From contig CM022677.1 of the NCBI GenBank assembly GCA_012295275.1, forward strand, positions 19,654,001 to 19,718,000: a stretch of DNA of 64,000 nucleotides. The letters are read 5' to 3'. Of this stretch, positions 48,233-64,000 are shown piece by piece; the first letter of the stretch is position 1; every line of letters starts with the position of its first letter. The notes beneath the pieces are model-generated. The model ran no database searches. It saw only the letters and a list, made by a program, of their open reading frames with translations, and was not told the origin of the DNA. A program made the position numbers and the translations under genes. The stretch is from Chrysomallon squamiferum. Its lineage: Eukaryota; Animalia; Mollusca.

Positions 48233-50079
48233 GATTCTTATTTTAGCAGAAACAGCCTTCTGATCCTTTTTATTGAAAACGAAATCAAAAAGGTGAAAAT
48301 TAATTAACGTCACATGTATGTATGTAGGTATAAGCACAGCTGTTGTTTGTAACTTAAACCTGTTTTTAATTATAAAATCTGTATGTGTGAGAAAGAGATA
48401 TTATACTACTCATCTAAACGAAATCAAGAAGGTGACAATTAATTATCATCACATGTATGTATGTACGTGTAAGCACAGCTGTGGTTTGTAAGTTGAAACT
48501 GTTTTTAATTATAGAAACTGTACCAGTGAGTAAGAGGTGATACATTCATCTGTGGGTGTTTATGTGTGTGGATCGGAAACAAATATTGGAGCGTAAACAG
48601 ATTATTATTACATCCTGTTAGGTGGTGTGAACAGATACTGTTACTTATTGTTTTTCTGCTTCAGTAGATCAAATGTTTATAATTATATTTATATATAATT
48701 AATTACGTCTAACTTTACGTTCGGTACAATTTTAGTGAAAATGTCATGGAGTTATCGTGCGTTTAAAGGAAAAAAATGAGAATTTATTGTGAGTATTTAT
48801 TTTAATAAAGCTTGAAACAGTAGAGCAAAATAAATGAAATTCCGGAAACATGAATTACAGTCAGGGAAAAATGTGCTCACTGACAGAAACGTCATGTGAG
48901 CCTTTGTTTCACAGAAACATCACGTGAGCCTTTGTTTTACTGAAACATCACCTGAGCCTTTGTTTTACAGGAACATCATGTGAGCCTTTGTTTTACAGAA
49001 ACATCACGTGAGCCTTTGTTTCACAGAAACTTCACGTGAGCCTTTGTTTTACAGAAACATCACCTGAGCCTTTGTTTCATAGGAACATCACGTGAGCCTT
49101 TGTTTTACAGAAACATGACGTGAGCCTTTCTTTCACAGAAACATCGCGTGAGCCTTTCCTTTACCGAAACATCACGTGAGCCGCAGGTCAGTGTATTCTC
49201 TCTCTGTCTTTGTCATTCACACACGCACACACAAACACACGCAAACACAAACACACGCACACATACAAACAAACATACATTTACATCAAACAGTAACATA
49301 TACACATTCACCTGCACACTAAGAAATATACACACACATAAACACACAAACACAGTCTCAGCCCGTTTCACAAAACAAAACCACAGGGAAACAAGGGGAG
49401 GTAATAATGGTGAAGCATGCATCTTTCTTAGTTACGGCGGTTATGGTTATGCCGCATGTCAGTGTATTTGAAATGTGTATCTCTAAGAGAAAAACTAAAC
49501 GAGGCCATCGAAAGCTTTTTCTTCTGCCTCAAACATCAGAGGAGCTGCTCGGTTTGTGTCTTGTCTTGGAAGATGGTCGATGTGTTCCACTGATTTTGTG
49601 GGTTTTACGTGTGTGGATCGGAAACAAATATTGGAGCGTAAACAGATTATTATTACTATATCCTGTTTGGTGGTGTGAACAGATACTGTTACTTATTGTT
49701 TTTCTGCTTCAGTAGATTAAATGTTTAGAATTATATTGATATACAATTAATTACGTCTAACTCTACGTTCGGTAGAATTTTAGTGAAAAGTTCATGGAGT
49801 TATCGTGCGTTTAAAGGAAAAATAGAGAATTTATTGTGAGTATTTATTTTAATAAAGCTTGAAAGAATAGAGCAAAATAAATGAAATTCCGGCAACATGA
49901 ATTGCAAATACTTCGTTGTTTTTCATGTTGTCATAGTAAATATGGTATCATTTTATTACCGTTTTTTATTTTTATTTTTTTTTTCTCTCATTCTCTTACT
50001 TCAGTGGTCATATACCTTCAATATGCTCGGATGGTATTTTTTACTTTTTTCCCATTAGAATCACTTCAAGTATTATTAC

Positions 50080-50150
<71 letters not shown>

Positions 50151-51512
50151 TCCGTAGGGTTAGTGCTTCATGGACGAATGACATTACACCTAGGCCTCGT
50201 CTTCCAGATGACGTATTTCTGATATATGCGGTCCATTTTTTAATTAGCGTTTTTGTAAATTAGGTTTTCTTCAAGATTTTATTAAAAATGAGAGACAAAA
50301 AGGACAAGAAGAAAGCACCTCCACAAAAAGGCAAGAAAGGTAAAAAAGTCAAATCAGTTTTTAAACTTACAGTGAATTGTTTTTCAGTAATAAAATACAG
50401 ACAGGCAAAATGATAAAGTAATTGTTTTATGGGTCTCAAAAGGTTTTCTAGACAGACTGTATCAAACGTTATTTCAAATTAAATATTTGTTCTATTTAGG
50501 GTTATGTTTGCCGTTTGCTTTTGTTATAAGTTGCTAGATTATAGTGAAATTATCTACACTACAATTAAAAGTAACTGAAAAGAGCAAAAAATTACGAAGT
50601 AATTGCAATTGATGCTCCCAGAATTTCATTTATTTTGCTCTGTTGTCTCAAACTTTATTAAAACAAATACTCTTACTAAATTCTTAAATAACAAGAAATT
50701 GCCTTCAAAAGCATCATTAATCACAGTCCTGAACTCTTCATTATATTTTGTAATTTGTCAGAATCAGTGGAACACATCGACCATCCTCCAAGACAAGACA
50801 CAAACCGAGCAGCTCCTCTGATGTTTGAGGCAGAAGGAAAAGCTTTTGATGGACTCGTTTAGTTTTTCTGTGTTAGAAGTACACATTTCAAATACACTGA
50901 CCTGCGGCTTAACTCTAACCACCGTAACTAAGAAAGATGCATGCTTCACCAGTGTTATCTCCCCTTGTTTCACTGCAGCCCAGATGTAACATTTTACAAA
51001 AGTTTTAATTCATCATTTCCTGTAACGTGAACGTATCCTACAGTAATGTGTATATACGTACATACCTATCTAGATATATCTGTCTATATGTGTATATATT
51101 ATATTACGTCCATCTATCTATCTATCTATATATCTATATACATCTATCTGATGCCAGTATGTCACATGGTTGCTTATTTTCAAATTAATATTCACAGATG
51201 TTAACTTTTTGTTCACATATGAATCCCCACTGCATCAACCATCGTTCATCTGCAAAAGAAAGGCTCACGTGATTTGAAAGAAAGGATCACGTGATTTAAA
51301 AGAAAGGCTCTCGTGATGTAAAAGAAAGGCTCACGTGATTTAGAAGAAAGGCTCACATGATGTAAAAGAAAGGCTCACGTGATGTAAAAGAAAGGGTCAA
51401 GTAATGTTTCTGGATGTGAAGCGCATTTATAGCAAAAATAAAGTTCTCATGATATTTGCAAATGTAATTTATTTATTTATTTGTTTATTTCATTTTATTT
51501 ATTTATTTATTT

Positions 51513-51556
<44 letters not shown>

Positions 51557-52015
51557 TTTTGGATTTGTTGGACAGTTTATTTGTTTATATCTGTACATGT
51601 GTGAGTATGTATGTGTGTATTTCAGACTGTGTGTTTATGTGTATATATGTGTGTGTTGTTGTTAGTGTGCATGTGAATGTGTATTTGTTAACATTTGCTG
51701 CAAATGTATGCTTGTTGGCATGTGTGCGTGTGTTACTACGAGCGTGTGTGTGTGAGTGACTGCATGTCTGCATAAGAGTTTGTGTGTATATGTGAGTGAA
51801 AGTGTGTGTTTGCTTTTGTATAATTTTTAATCTGTATTTAAAAATCAAGAGTGACAAATATATCTCACACCAGCTGCTTCTAACAACAACAAGTTCACAT
51901 TACTACAACGTGGGCAGTAGCTAAATAGATAAAACATATGAAGTTACATTTATAACACAGTAACGCCATATCATATTACATTGTATTATATGAAGATATA
52001 TTTAATATTCTCTCT

Positions 52016-52114
<99 letters not shown>

Positions 52115-52482
52115 AATATAAATATAAATAAATTACAGAATAAGATTCGTCTTTATTATATACGCACGAAACACGTTAGACAGGCGTTACCATATTTATA
52201 CAATACTGGCGTGTGACGTTATCAACACGTAATGTCCAAAATCATGACGTCACAGTATTTGTACATAATTGCACCATTACTCTCTCTCTCTTCTCTTTCG
52301 TGTTAAACTTTGACCCTGATGATGCCATTATTGTTGCTGCAGGTGTTGTTATTGTTGTTGTTGTTGCTGTTGCTTTTGCAGTTGTATTTTGAGTTACTGT
52401 TGTTATTGTTGTTATTATTTCTTTTATTATTATTATTTCACAGAAAAAATAAATGAAAGATATATAATATTTTATTTTCAAA

Positions 52483-53963
<1,481 letters not shown>

Positions 53964-54717
53964 GATTTTTATTTTAGCAGAAACAAGCTTCTGATCCTTT
54001 TATTGAAAACGAAATCAAAGAGGTGAAAATGGATATACGTAAAATCACAGCTGTTGTCTGTAACATAAAACTGTTTTTAGTTAGAGAAACTGTATATATG
54101 AGAAAGAGATATTATACTACTCGTCAAAACGATATCAAAAAGGTGACAATTAATCAACGTCACATGTATGTATGTACGTGTAAGCACAGCTGTGGTTTGT
54201 AAGCTAAAACTGTTTTTAACTATAAAAACTGTACCAGTGAGTAAGAGATGTTACATTCATTTGTGAGTGTTTATGTGTGTGGATCGGAAACAAATATTGG
54301 AGCGTAAACAGATTATTATTACTATATCCTGTTAGGTGGTGTGAACAGATACTGTTACTTATTCTTTTTCTGATTCAGTAGATTAAATGTTTACAGTTAT
54401 ATTGATATATAGTCCATTACGTTTTACTTTAGGTTAGGTAGAATTTTAGTGAAAATTTCATGGAGTTATCGTGCGTTTAAAGGATAAAATGAGAATTTAT
54501 TGTGAGTATTTATTTTAATAAAGCTTGAAACAATAGATTAAAATAAATTAAATTCTGAGAACATAAACTGGAAATACTTCATTTTTCATGTTATCATAGT
54601 TAATATTTTCATTTTATTACAATTATTATTTTTTTTCTCATTCTCTTACTTCAGTCGTCATATACCTTCAATATACTCGGATGCTATTTATTGCTTTTTT
54701 TCCATTAGAATCACTTC

Positions 54718-54753
<36 letters not shown>

Positions 54754-55425
54754 CCGTAGAGTTAGTGCTTCAAGGCAGTATGACGTCATACCTAGGCCTC
54801 GTCTTCCAGATGACGTATTTTACACATATCCGATCCATTTTCAATTAGCGTTTTAGTAAATTATGTTTTCTTCAAGATTTTATTAAAAATGAGAGACAAA
54901 AAAGGCCAGAAGAAAGCACTGCCTCAAAAAGGCAAGAAAGGAAAACAAAAATCAGTAACTTTTTAAACTTAAAGTGATTTTTTATATATATTTTTTAATT
55001 ACGTACAGACAGGCAAAATGATAAAGTATTTTTCACGTATCTCAAAACGTTTTCTAGACAGATTGTATCAAACGTTATTTCAAATTAAATATTTGTTCTA
55101 TGCAGTGTTCAGCTTGCCGTTTTCTCTTATTGTCAGTTGCTAGATTCTAGTGAAATTATCTTTACTGCTATTAAAAGTAACTGAAAAGAGCAAACAATTA
55201 CTAGGAAAATAAATGAGAAATCTGATATTGTTCAGAACTGATACTTCAAAATCGTACAAGAAAAAAAAACAGAAGTAATAATAATGATAATAAGAAGCAA
55301 CAATAACAACAACAACAAGAACACACCCAGTTTAAAAAATCTCAGTTATATTTTTGCTGATGTGTCCAACACTTCCGAAAAAGTGCGAACTTCCAGAATT
55401 CTTCGATTGTTTTAGGAGTTTTGAT

Positions 55426-55457
<32 letters not shown>

Positions 55458-56558
55458 GAAATAAATATAAATATATATACAAATGCACACATTCATACAT
55501 ACGTACGGATATAAAAATGTACATACACAGAGGCTATCTGTTTATCACAGGACGGAAAACTCTTTATTATACTTTATCATTATAAAGAAAACAGTTATAA
55601 AATGATATCACACCTACGTTGATAACCTGAAAAACAACAAAGTAATTGCAATTGATGCTCCCAGAATTTCATTTATTTACTCTGTTGCTTCAAACTTTAT
55701 TAAAACAAATACTGTTACTAAATTCTTAAAGAACAAGAAATTGTCTTCAAAAGCATCATTAATCACAGTCCTGAACTCTTCATTATATTTTATAATTCGC
55801 CAGAATCAGTGGAACACATCGACCATCTTCCAAGACAAGACACAAACCGAGCAGCTCCTCTGATGTCTGAGGCAGTAGAAAAAGCTTTTGATGGACTCGT
55901 TTAGTTTTTCTGTGTTAGAAGTACACATTTCAAATACACTGACCTGCGGCTTAACTCTAACCACAGTAACTAAGAAAGATGCATGGTTCACCATTATTAT
56001 CTCCCCTTGTTTCACTGCAGCCCAGATGTAACATTTTACAAAAGTTTTAATTCATCATTTCCTGTAACGTGAACGTATCCTACAGTAATGTGTATATACG
56101 TACATACCTATCTAGATATATCTGTCTATATGTGTATATATTATATTACGTCCATCTATCTATCTATCTATATATCTATATACATCTATCTGATGCCAGT
56201 ATGTCACATGGTTGCTTATTTTCAAATTAATATTCACAGATGTTAACTTTTTGTTCAAATATGAATCCCCACTGCATCAACCATCGTTCATCTGCAAAAG
56301 AAAGGCTCACGTGATTTGAAAGAAAGGATCACGTGATTTAAAAGAAAGGCTCTCGTGATGTAAAAGAAAGGCTCACGTGATTTAGAAGAAAGGCTCACAT
56401 GATGTAAAAGAAAGGCTCACGTGATGTAAAAGAAAGGGTCAAGTAATGTTTCTGGATGTGAAGCGCATTTATAGCAAAAATAAAGTTCTCATGATATTTG
56501 CAAATGTAATTTATTTATTTATTTGTTTATTTCATTTTATTTATTTATTTATTTATTT

Positions 56559-56598
<40 letters not shown>

Positions 56599-57057
56599 TT
56601 TTGGATTTGTTGGACAGTTTATTTGTTTATATCTGTACATGTGTGAGTATGTATGTGTGTATTTCAGACTGTGTGTTTATGTGTATATATGTGTGTGTTG
56701 TTGTTAGTGTGCATGTGAATGTGTATTTGTTAACATTTGCTGCAAATGTATGCTTGTTGGCATGTGTGCGTGTGTTACTACGAGCGTGTGTGTGTGAGTG
56801 ACTGCATGTCTGCATAAGAGTTTGTGTGTATATGTGAGTGAAAGTGTGTGTTTGCTTTTGTATAATTTTTAATCTGTATTTAAAAATCAAGAGTGACAAA
56901 TATATCTCACACCAGCTGCTTCTAACAACAACAAGTTCACATTACTACAACGTGGGCAGTAGCTAAATAGATAAAACATATGAAGTTACATTTATAACAC
57001 AGTAACGCCATATCATATTACATTGTATTATATGAAGATATATTTAATATTCTCTCT

Positions 57058-57120
<63 letters not shown>

Positions 57121-57489
57121 AATATAAATATAAATAAATTACAGAATAAGATTCGTCTTTATTATATACGCACGAAACACGTTAGACAGGCGTTACCATA
57201 TTTATACAATACTGGCGTGTGACGTTATCAACACGTAATGTCCAAAATCATGACGTCACAGTATTTGTACATAATTGCACCATTACTCTCTCTCTCTTCT
57301 CTTTCGTGTTAAACTTTGACCCTGATGATGCCATTATTGTTGCTGCAGGTGTTGTTATTGTTGTTGTTGTTGCTGTTGCTTTTGCAGTTGTATTTTGAGT
57401 TACTGTTGTTATTGTTGTTATTATTTCTTTTATTATTATTATTTCACAGAAAAAAATAAATGAAAGATATATAATATTTTATTTTCAAA

Positions 57490-58134
57490 TTAATATTCAC
57501 AGACGTTCGGTTTTTGTTCACAGATGAATTCCCTCTCCCACGAACATGGTGCATCATTCCATCTGTAACCACGAACGACCCATATTTCCACACAGTTCTC
57601 TTTTCCTTCGTGGTTATCAGGTTGACCCGAACACCAGTTAGTATAGATCATATCTTTCGATTTTAGGCCGTTCAGTTTCCACTGGAAACGACCTTCAACT
57701 TGGATGTCATTAGCCCCGATCCAGTAGCCTTCCGCTGTTAAATAAATTGCGGAAATTTCAGTTGCATTTCGTCGTTCTTGATCTTAATTTTAATTACTTT
57801 AGAACTGTGTGTGTGAGTGAGTGTGTGTTTGTTTGTTTGTATGTGTGTGTGTGTGTATGTGTGTGTATGTGTGTGTGACTGTTTGTGTTCTACAACTGAT
57901 CTTATTCATTTTTTCTAGTAATAAAATTCAGACATACTTTTTGACATTTTCATAATATGGTTACGAAGATATGCGTCTTCTTTGGCAGAAGTGATAACAG
58001 CAAGATAGGAGTTCATGCTTTCACAGTAGTTCTGAGAAAAATAACAACGAACGACAATACTAATACTAATAAAATAAAAAATAATCACTATCATCATCGT
58101 CACAAGAAGCATATACACATATATACCAAATCGC

Positions 58135-58226
<92 letters not shown>

Positions 58227-58284
58227 ATGAGAGAGAGAGACACAGGCAGACAGAGAGAGAGAGAGAGAAAGAGAGAGACAGAAA

Positions 58285-58378
<94 letters not shown>

Positions 58379-58550
58379 GAGAGAGACTCACCTTTGCCTC
58401 AATCCACGTAGCTGTTACTCCTTTACGGGAAAACCAGTAGCAACTTCTGCCGTAACGAATAAAACCAGACTGGCATCTTCCAGTATCTTAATCAAAATAA
58501 AAAATGTTGTGTCTCAAATTTTATATTAAACACACTCACATATACACAAG

Positions 58551-58582
<32 letters not shown>

Positions 58583-58965
58583 GTCACACCCACCTAAAAC
58601 AAAAAATATAGAAAAATGAAACAAATACACAAATAGAAAGTTAACTCAAACACACCCCCCCAAAAAAAAACACAGAACCACAAATTAAACACGAATTAAG
58701 ACGTTTTAAAACATATAAAGCAACTAAAACAGATTTGAGATCTTCGTGGTACTTTTGCTGTTACTAATGCTACTGCATCTATTGCTACTTTAATACTAAT
58801 TCTACTGCAACGATTGCCTTACTGATACTATTATTAATACTACTTCTATTATAAAATATACATTCTTTCAAAATAATCAAGTCAATAAAGCCCTTTTATT
58901 TTTCTAAATTTACCTGCACACTGCAAAACTGAGACGAAGACCACGATAAAAACGTAAACGTTCAT
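57490..58965 (-). CDS. Intact perlucin-like secreted C-type lectin, copy I, 161 aa (QPD/WND)
   Basis: Exons 58965-58914, 58486-58392, 58031-57938, 57734-57490, all GT-AG. MNVYVFIVVFVSVLQCADTGRCQSGFIRYGRSCYWFSRKGVTATWIEAKNYCESMNSYLAVITSAKEDAYLRNHIMKMSKTEGYWIGANDIQVEGRFQWKLNGLKSKDMIYTNWCSGQPDNHEGKENCVEIWVVRGYRWNDAPCSWEREFICEQKPNVCEY*. Confidence 0.93.
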
Positions 58966-61135
58966 GATTTTTATTTTAGCAGAAACAAGCTTCTGATCCT
59001 TTTTATTGAAAACGAAATCAAAGAGGTGAAAATGGATATACGTAAAATCACAGCTGTTGTCTGTAACATAAAACTGTTTTTAGTTAGAGAAACTGTATAT
59101 ATGAGAAAGAGATATTATACTACTCGTCAAAACGATATCAAAAGGTGACAATTAATCAACGTCACATGTATGTATGTACGTGTAAGCACAGCTGTGGTTT
59201 GTAAGCTAAAACTGTTTTTAACTATAAAAACTGTACCAGTGAGTAAGAGATGTTACATTCATTTGTGAGTGTTTATGTGTGTGGATCGGAAACAAATATT
59301 GGAGCGTAAACAGATTATTATTACTATATCCTGTTAGGTGGTGTGAACAGATACTGTTACTTATTCTTTTTCTGATTCAGTAGATTAAATGTTTACAGTT
59401 ATATTGATATATAGTCCATTACGTTTTACTTTAGGTTAGGTAGAATTTTAGTGAAAATTTCATGGAGTTATCGTGCGTTTAAAGGATAAAATGAGAATTT
59501 ATTGTGAGTATTTATTTTAATAAAGCTTGAAACAATAGATTAAAATAAATTAAATTCTGAGAACATAAACTGGAAATACTTCATTTTTCATGTTATCATA
59601 GTTAATATTTTCATTTTATTACAATTATTATTTTTTTTCTCATTCTCTTACTTCAGTCGTCATATACCTTCAATATACTCGGATGCTATTTATTGCTTTT
59701 TTTCCATTAGAATCACTTCAAGTATTATTATTATTATTATTATTATTATCCGTAGAGTTAGTGCTTCAAGGCAGTATGACGTCATACCTAGGCCTCGTCT
59801 TCCAGATGACGTATTTTACACATATCCGATCCATTTTCAATTAGCGTTTTAGTAAATTATGTTTTCTTCAAGATTTTATTAAAAATGAGAGACAAAAAAA
59901 AAAGGCCAGAAGAAAGCACTGCCTCAAAAGGCAAAGAAAGGAAAACAAAAATCAGTAACTTTTAAACTTAAAGTGATTTTTTATATATTTTTTAATTACG
60001 TACAGACAGGCAAAATGATAAAGTATTTTCACGTATCTCAAAACGTTTTCTAGACAGATTGTATCAAACGTTATTTCAAATTAAATATTTGTTCTATGCA
60101 GTGTTCAGCTTGCCGTTTTCTCTTATTGTCAGTTGCTAGATTCTAGTGAAATTATCTTTACTGCTATTAAAAGTAACTGAAAAGAGCAAACAATTACTAG
60201 GAAAATAAATGAGAAATCTGATATTGTTCAGAACTGATACTTCAAAATCGTACAAGAAAAAAAAACAGAAGTAATAATAATGATAATAAGAAGCAACAAT
60301 AACAACAACAACAAGAACACACCCAGTTTAAAAAAAATCTCAGTTATATTTTTGCTGATGTGTCCAACACTTCCGAAAAAGTGCGAACTTCCAGAATTCT
60401 TCGATTGTTTTAGGAGTTTTGATTAAGTAAGTAAGTAAGTAAGCAAGTAAAAGCTTTTAAATATAAATATATATACAAATGCACACATTCATACATACGT
60501 ACGGATATAAAAATGTACATACACAGAGGCTATCTGTTTATCACAGGACGGAAAACTCTTTATTATACTTTATCATTATAAAGAAAACAGTTATAAAATG
60601 ATATCACACCTACGTTGATAACCTGAAAAACAACAAAGTAATTGCAATTGATGCTCCCAGAATTTCATTTATTTACTCTGTTGCTTCAAACTTTATTAAA
60701 ACAAATACTGTTACTAAATTCTTAAAGAACAAGAAATTGTCTTCAAAAGCATCATTAATCACAGTCCTGAACTCTTCATTATATTTTATAATTCGCCAGA
60801 ATCAGTGGAACACATCGGCCATCTTCCAAGACAAGACACAAACCCAGCAGTTCCTCTGATGTTTGAGGCAGAACAAAAAGCTTTTGGTGGACTTGTTTAG
60901 TTTTTCTGTGTTAGAGGTACACATTTCAAATACACTGACCTGCGGCTTAACTCTAACCACCGTAACTAAGAGAGATGCATGTTTCACCAGTGTTATCTAC
61001 CCTTGTTTCCCTGCAGCCCAGACGTAACATTTTACAACAGTTTTAACAGATCATTTCCTGTAACGTGAACGTATCCTAAACTAGAGTATATAGCTACATA
61101 CCTATTTGGATATATCTACGTCTACGTCTATGTAT

Positions 61136-61167
<32 letters not shown>

Positions 61168-61356
61168 ATCTTTCTGATGCCAATTTGTCACATGGTTGCT
61201 GCAAAAGAAACGTTACGTGTTCTGAAAGAAAGGGTCACGTGATTTGAAAGAAAGGCTCACATGATGTTTCTGGATTTGAGTTGCATTTGTAGCAAAAATA
61301 AAGTTCTCATGGTGTTTGCAAAGATAATTTATTATTTTTTTAATTTTTATTTCATT

Positions 61357-61395
<39 letters not shown>

Positions 61396-61931
61396 TTTTT
61401 TTTTTTTTCGGGTTTGTTGGAGAGCGTATTTGGTTATGTCTGTATATGTGTGTGACTGTGTATGTGTGTATTTCAGTAAGTGTGTTTTTTTGTTTTGTGA
61501 AACGGCGTGTGACTGTATGTTTACGTGTATATACGTGTGTGTGTGTTTGTTAGTGTGCAAGTGAATGTGTATTTGTTAATGCTTACTGCAAATGTATGCT
61601 TGTTGGTATGTGTTGATGTGTATGCGTGTGTTTGTGCGTGCGTGAGTGTGAGTGACTGAATGAGTGGATATGAGTTCGTGTGTATATATGAGCATAAGTG
61701 TGTGTTTGCTTTTGTATCATTTTTAATCTGTATTTTAAAATCAAGAATGACAAATATATCCTACAACAGCTGAATCTAACAACAACAAGTTCATATTACT
61801 ACAACGTGGGCAGCAGCGAAAAATAAATGAAATAGATAAAATATTATGTTACATTTATAACACAGTAACAGAGTACTGTATGACAAAATACGTGTGAAGT
61901 TATATTTAATACTCTCTCTCTCTGTACATTT

Positions 61932-61984
<53 letters not shown>

Positions 61985-62797
61985 GCATACGGAGAGATAA
62001 TAGAGAGATAGTTAGTTTTATTAAATAAATATCAGTTTAATAAAAGAAAAGTTTTTTTTCTACTAAAAAGATATAGTTATTTCCCTTTCCAATCTTGGTT
62101 CCACAGTGTAAGAAAAGCTATACAGCCTCTCAGAGTAGGTGTGTATAATTTGAAAATATGAAATCAATTACAATCCCCACTATTTCTTTTTACTCTACAT
62201 ACTTATATAATGAAACGTGTGTGTGTCTGTGTACGTATGTATACATATACATATATATATATAAACACACACGCACAGACAGACACACACACATATAATT
62301 TATTCATTTATTTATTTATTTATTTATTTACTTATTTATTTATTATATTTGCTACACATCCAGAATGCAGACACACTTATGTAGTCATATTGCTCTTAGA
62401 AACAGTTTGAAAATCAACACATAGATAAGTGGAAGGATACCACAACTGCATACTGCTAGTGCGTCTCAAAGATGAAATAATATTTTTATTTATAAAATAT
62501 GACACATTACTAATAAGATAATCGCCGTATTAGTAGATTCTAAATGTTTCGGAAAGTCTCTTTATTCTGATACTATCTGATACATAGTGAAAATTAAGTT
62601 TTAATCAAGTACATTAGGTTTACACTGATACATAGTCAAACATTAGGTATACAGTTGATAATATAAATAAATTATATAATATTTTTCTTTAACAACTTAT
62701 TATATACGCACGAAATACGAGAGGCAACCATTACCATATTTATACACTACTGCGTAATGTCCAAAATCATGACGTCACAATATTTGGACATACTTGT

Positions 62798-62993
<196 letters not shown>

Positions 62994-63095
62994 TCTTCTT
63001 CTTAGTTTCTGTCCTTGGTGATTATATTTTGTTGCTGCAGCTGTTGTTCCTGTTGTTGCAGCTGTTGCTTTTTGTGTTCCTGTTGTTAGTGTTAT

Positions 63096-63142
<47 letters not shown>

Positions 63143-63196
63143 TTTCACAGAAAGAAAAAAAGATAAATGAAACATATATAATATTTTATTTTCAAA

Positions 63197-63707
63197 TTAA
63201 TCTTCACAGACGTTCGCTTTTTGTTCACATATGAATCCCCACTTGTACCAACACTGGTCATCATTCCATTTGTAACCATACCCGCGATGTAATTGCATAC
63301 AGTTCTCTTCTCCACTTCCGTTATCTGGTTGGCCAGAACTCCAGTTAGTATAGCTCAAATCTTTTGATTTGTTGTCTTTCCATATCCACTGGAAACGACC
63401 TTCAACTTGGATGTCATTGGCCCCGATCCAGTATTTATATGCTGTTAGATTCGAAAATTTCATTTTTCTTTCGTTCTTGTCTTAATTTTAATTAATATGC
63501 TAGTGTGTCTGTATATATATATGTGTGTGTGTGCGTGTTTCTTCCACAACTGATATCATTTATTTATTTGTTTACGTTTTTATTTAATTATGTAATTATA
63601 AATTCACACTTACCTGTTGCCTGTTTCAGAAGATGATCACGAAGATATTTGTCTTCTTTGGCAGAAGTGATGACAGCCAGATAGGAGTTCATGCTTTCAC
63701 AGTAGTT
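63197..63707 (-). CDS. C-type lectin copy J, exons 3-4 (exons 1-2 expected beyond the window end)
   Basis: Exon 3 63707-63614 (NYCESMNSYLAVITSAKEDKYLRDHLLKQAT) and exon 4 63441-63197 (AYKYWIGANDIQVEGRFQWIWKDNKSKDLSYTNWSSGQPDNGSGEENCMQLHRGYGYKWNDDQCWYKWGFICEQKANVCED*). The window ends in the intron-2 microsatellite. Confidence 0.88.
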
Positions 63708-63964
63708 CTGAGAAACAACAACGACGACAACAATACTAATACTAATATTAATACTTACTACTTACTAAAAATCATAATACTTACTAATAATCATAATAAT
63801 ACTTATATATCATCATCATCATCAACACCATCACAATACGTATGTATGAACATGTTTAATGTGCGTGTGAGTGTGTATATATATATTTATATACACACAC
63901 ATTATACATAAACATATACGTAAATACATAATGCTTACATATATATATATATATATATATATAT

Positions 63965-64000
<36 letters not shown>

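Overview
AT-rich, microsatellite-dense eukaryotic (animal, most likely molluscan) genomic DNA. There are no prokaryote-style genes, and almost all ORF-track entries are microsatellite or spacer artefacts. The whole window is a rearranged tandem/inverted array of a small 4-exon secreted single-domain C-type lectin gene, perlucin-like. Typical exon sizes are 52/95/94/245 nt, giving ~160 aa with a signal peptide, SCYWFS, YW(I/V)G, QPD/QPN and WND motifs, and FICE. Two copies are fully intact (37746-39320 +, 57490-58965 -). One runs off the window end, three are near-intact with a splice-site, frameshift or consensus defect, and the rest are pseudogenes or orphan exons. The copies sit in a ~5 kb modular unit of conserved promoter, (CT)n/(GA)n tracts, a CACGTG minisatellite and shared spacer modules. 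The most interesting structures are: (1) a promoter+exon1+exon2 head bounded by inverted GA/CT tracts between two oppositely oriented exon3-4 tails, a possible invertible switch; (2) hypervariable sugar-binding loops; (3) a captured copy of the exon-4 3' end behind a phase-compatible acceptor; (4) many rearrangement junctions at microsatellites. All coordinates and translations were read by hand, and some irregularities may be assembly artefacts.
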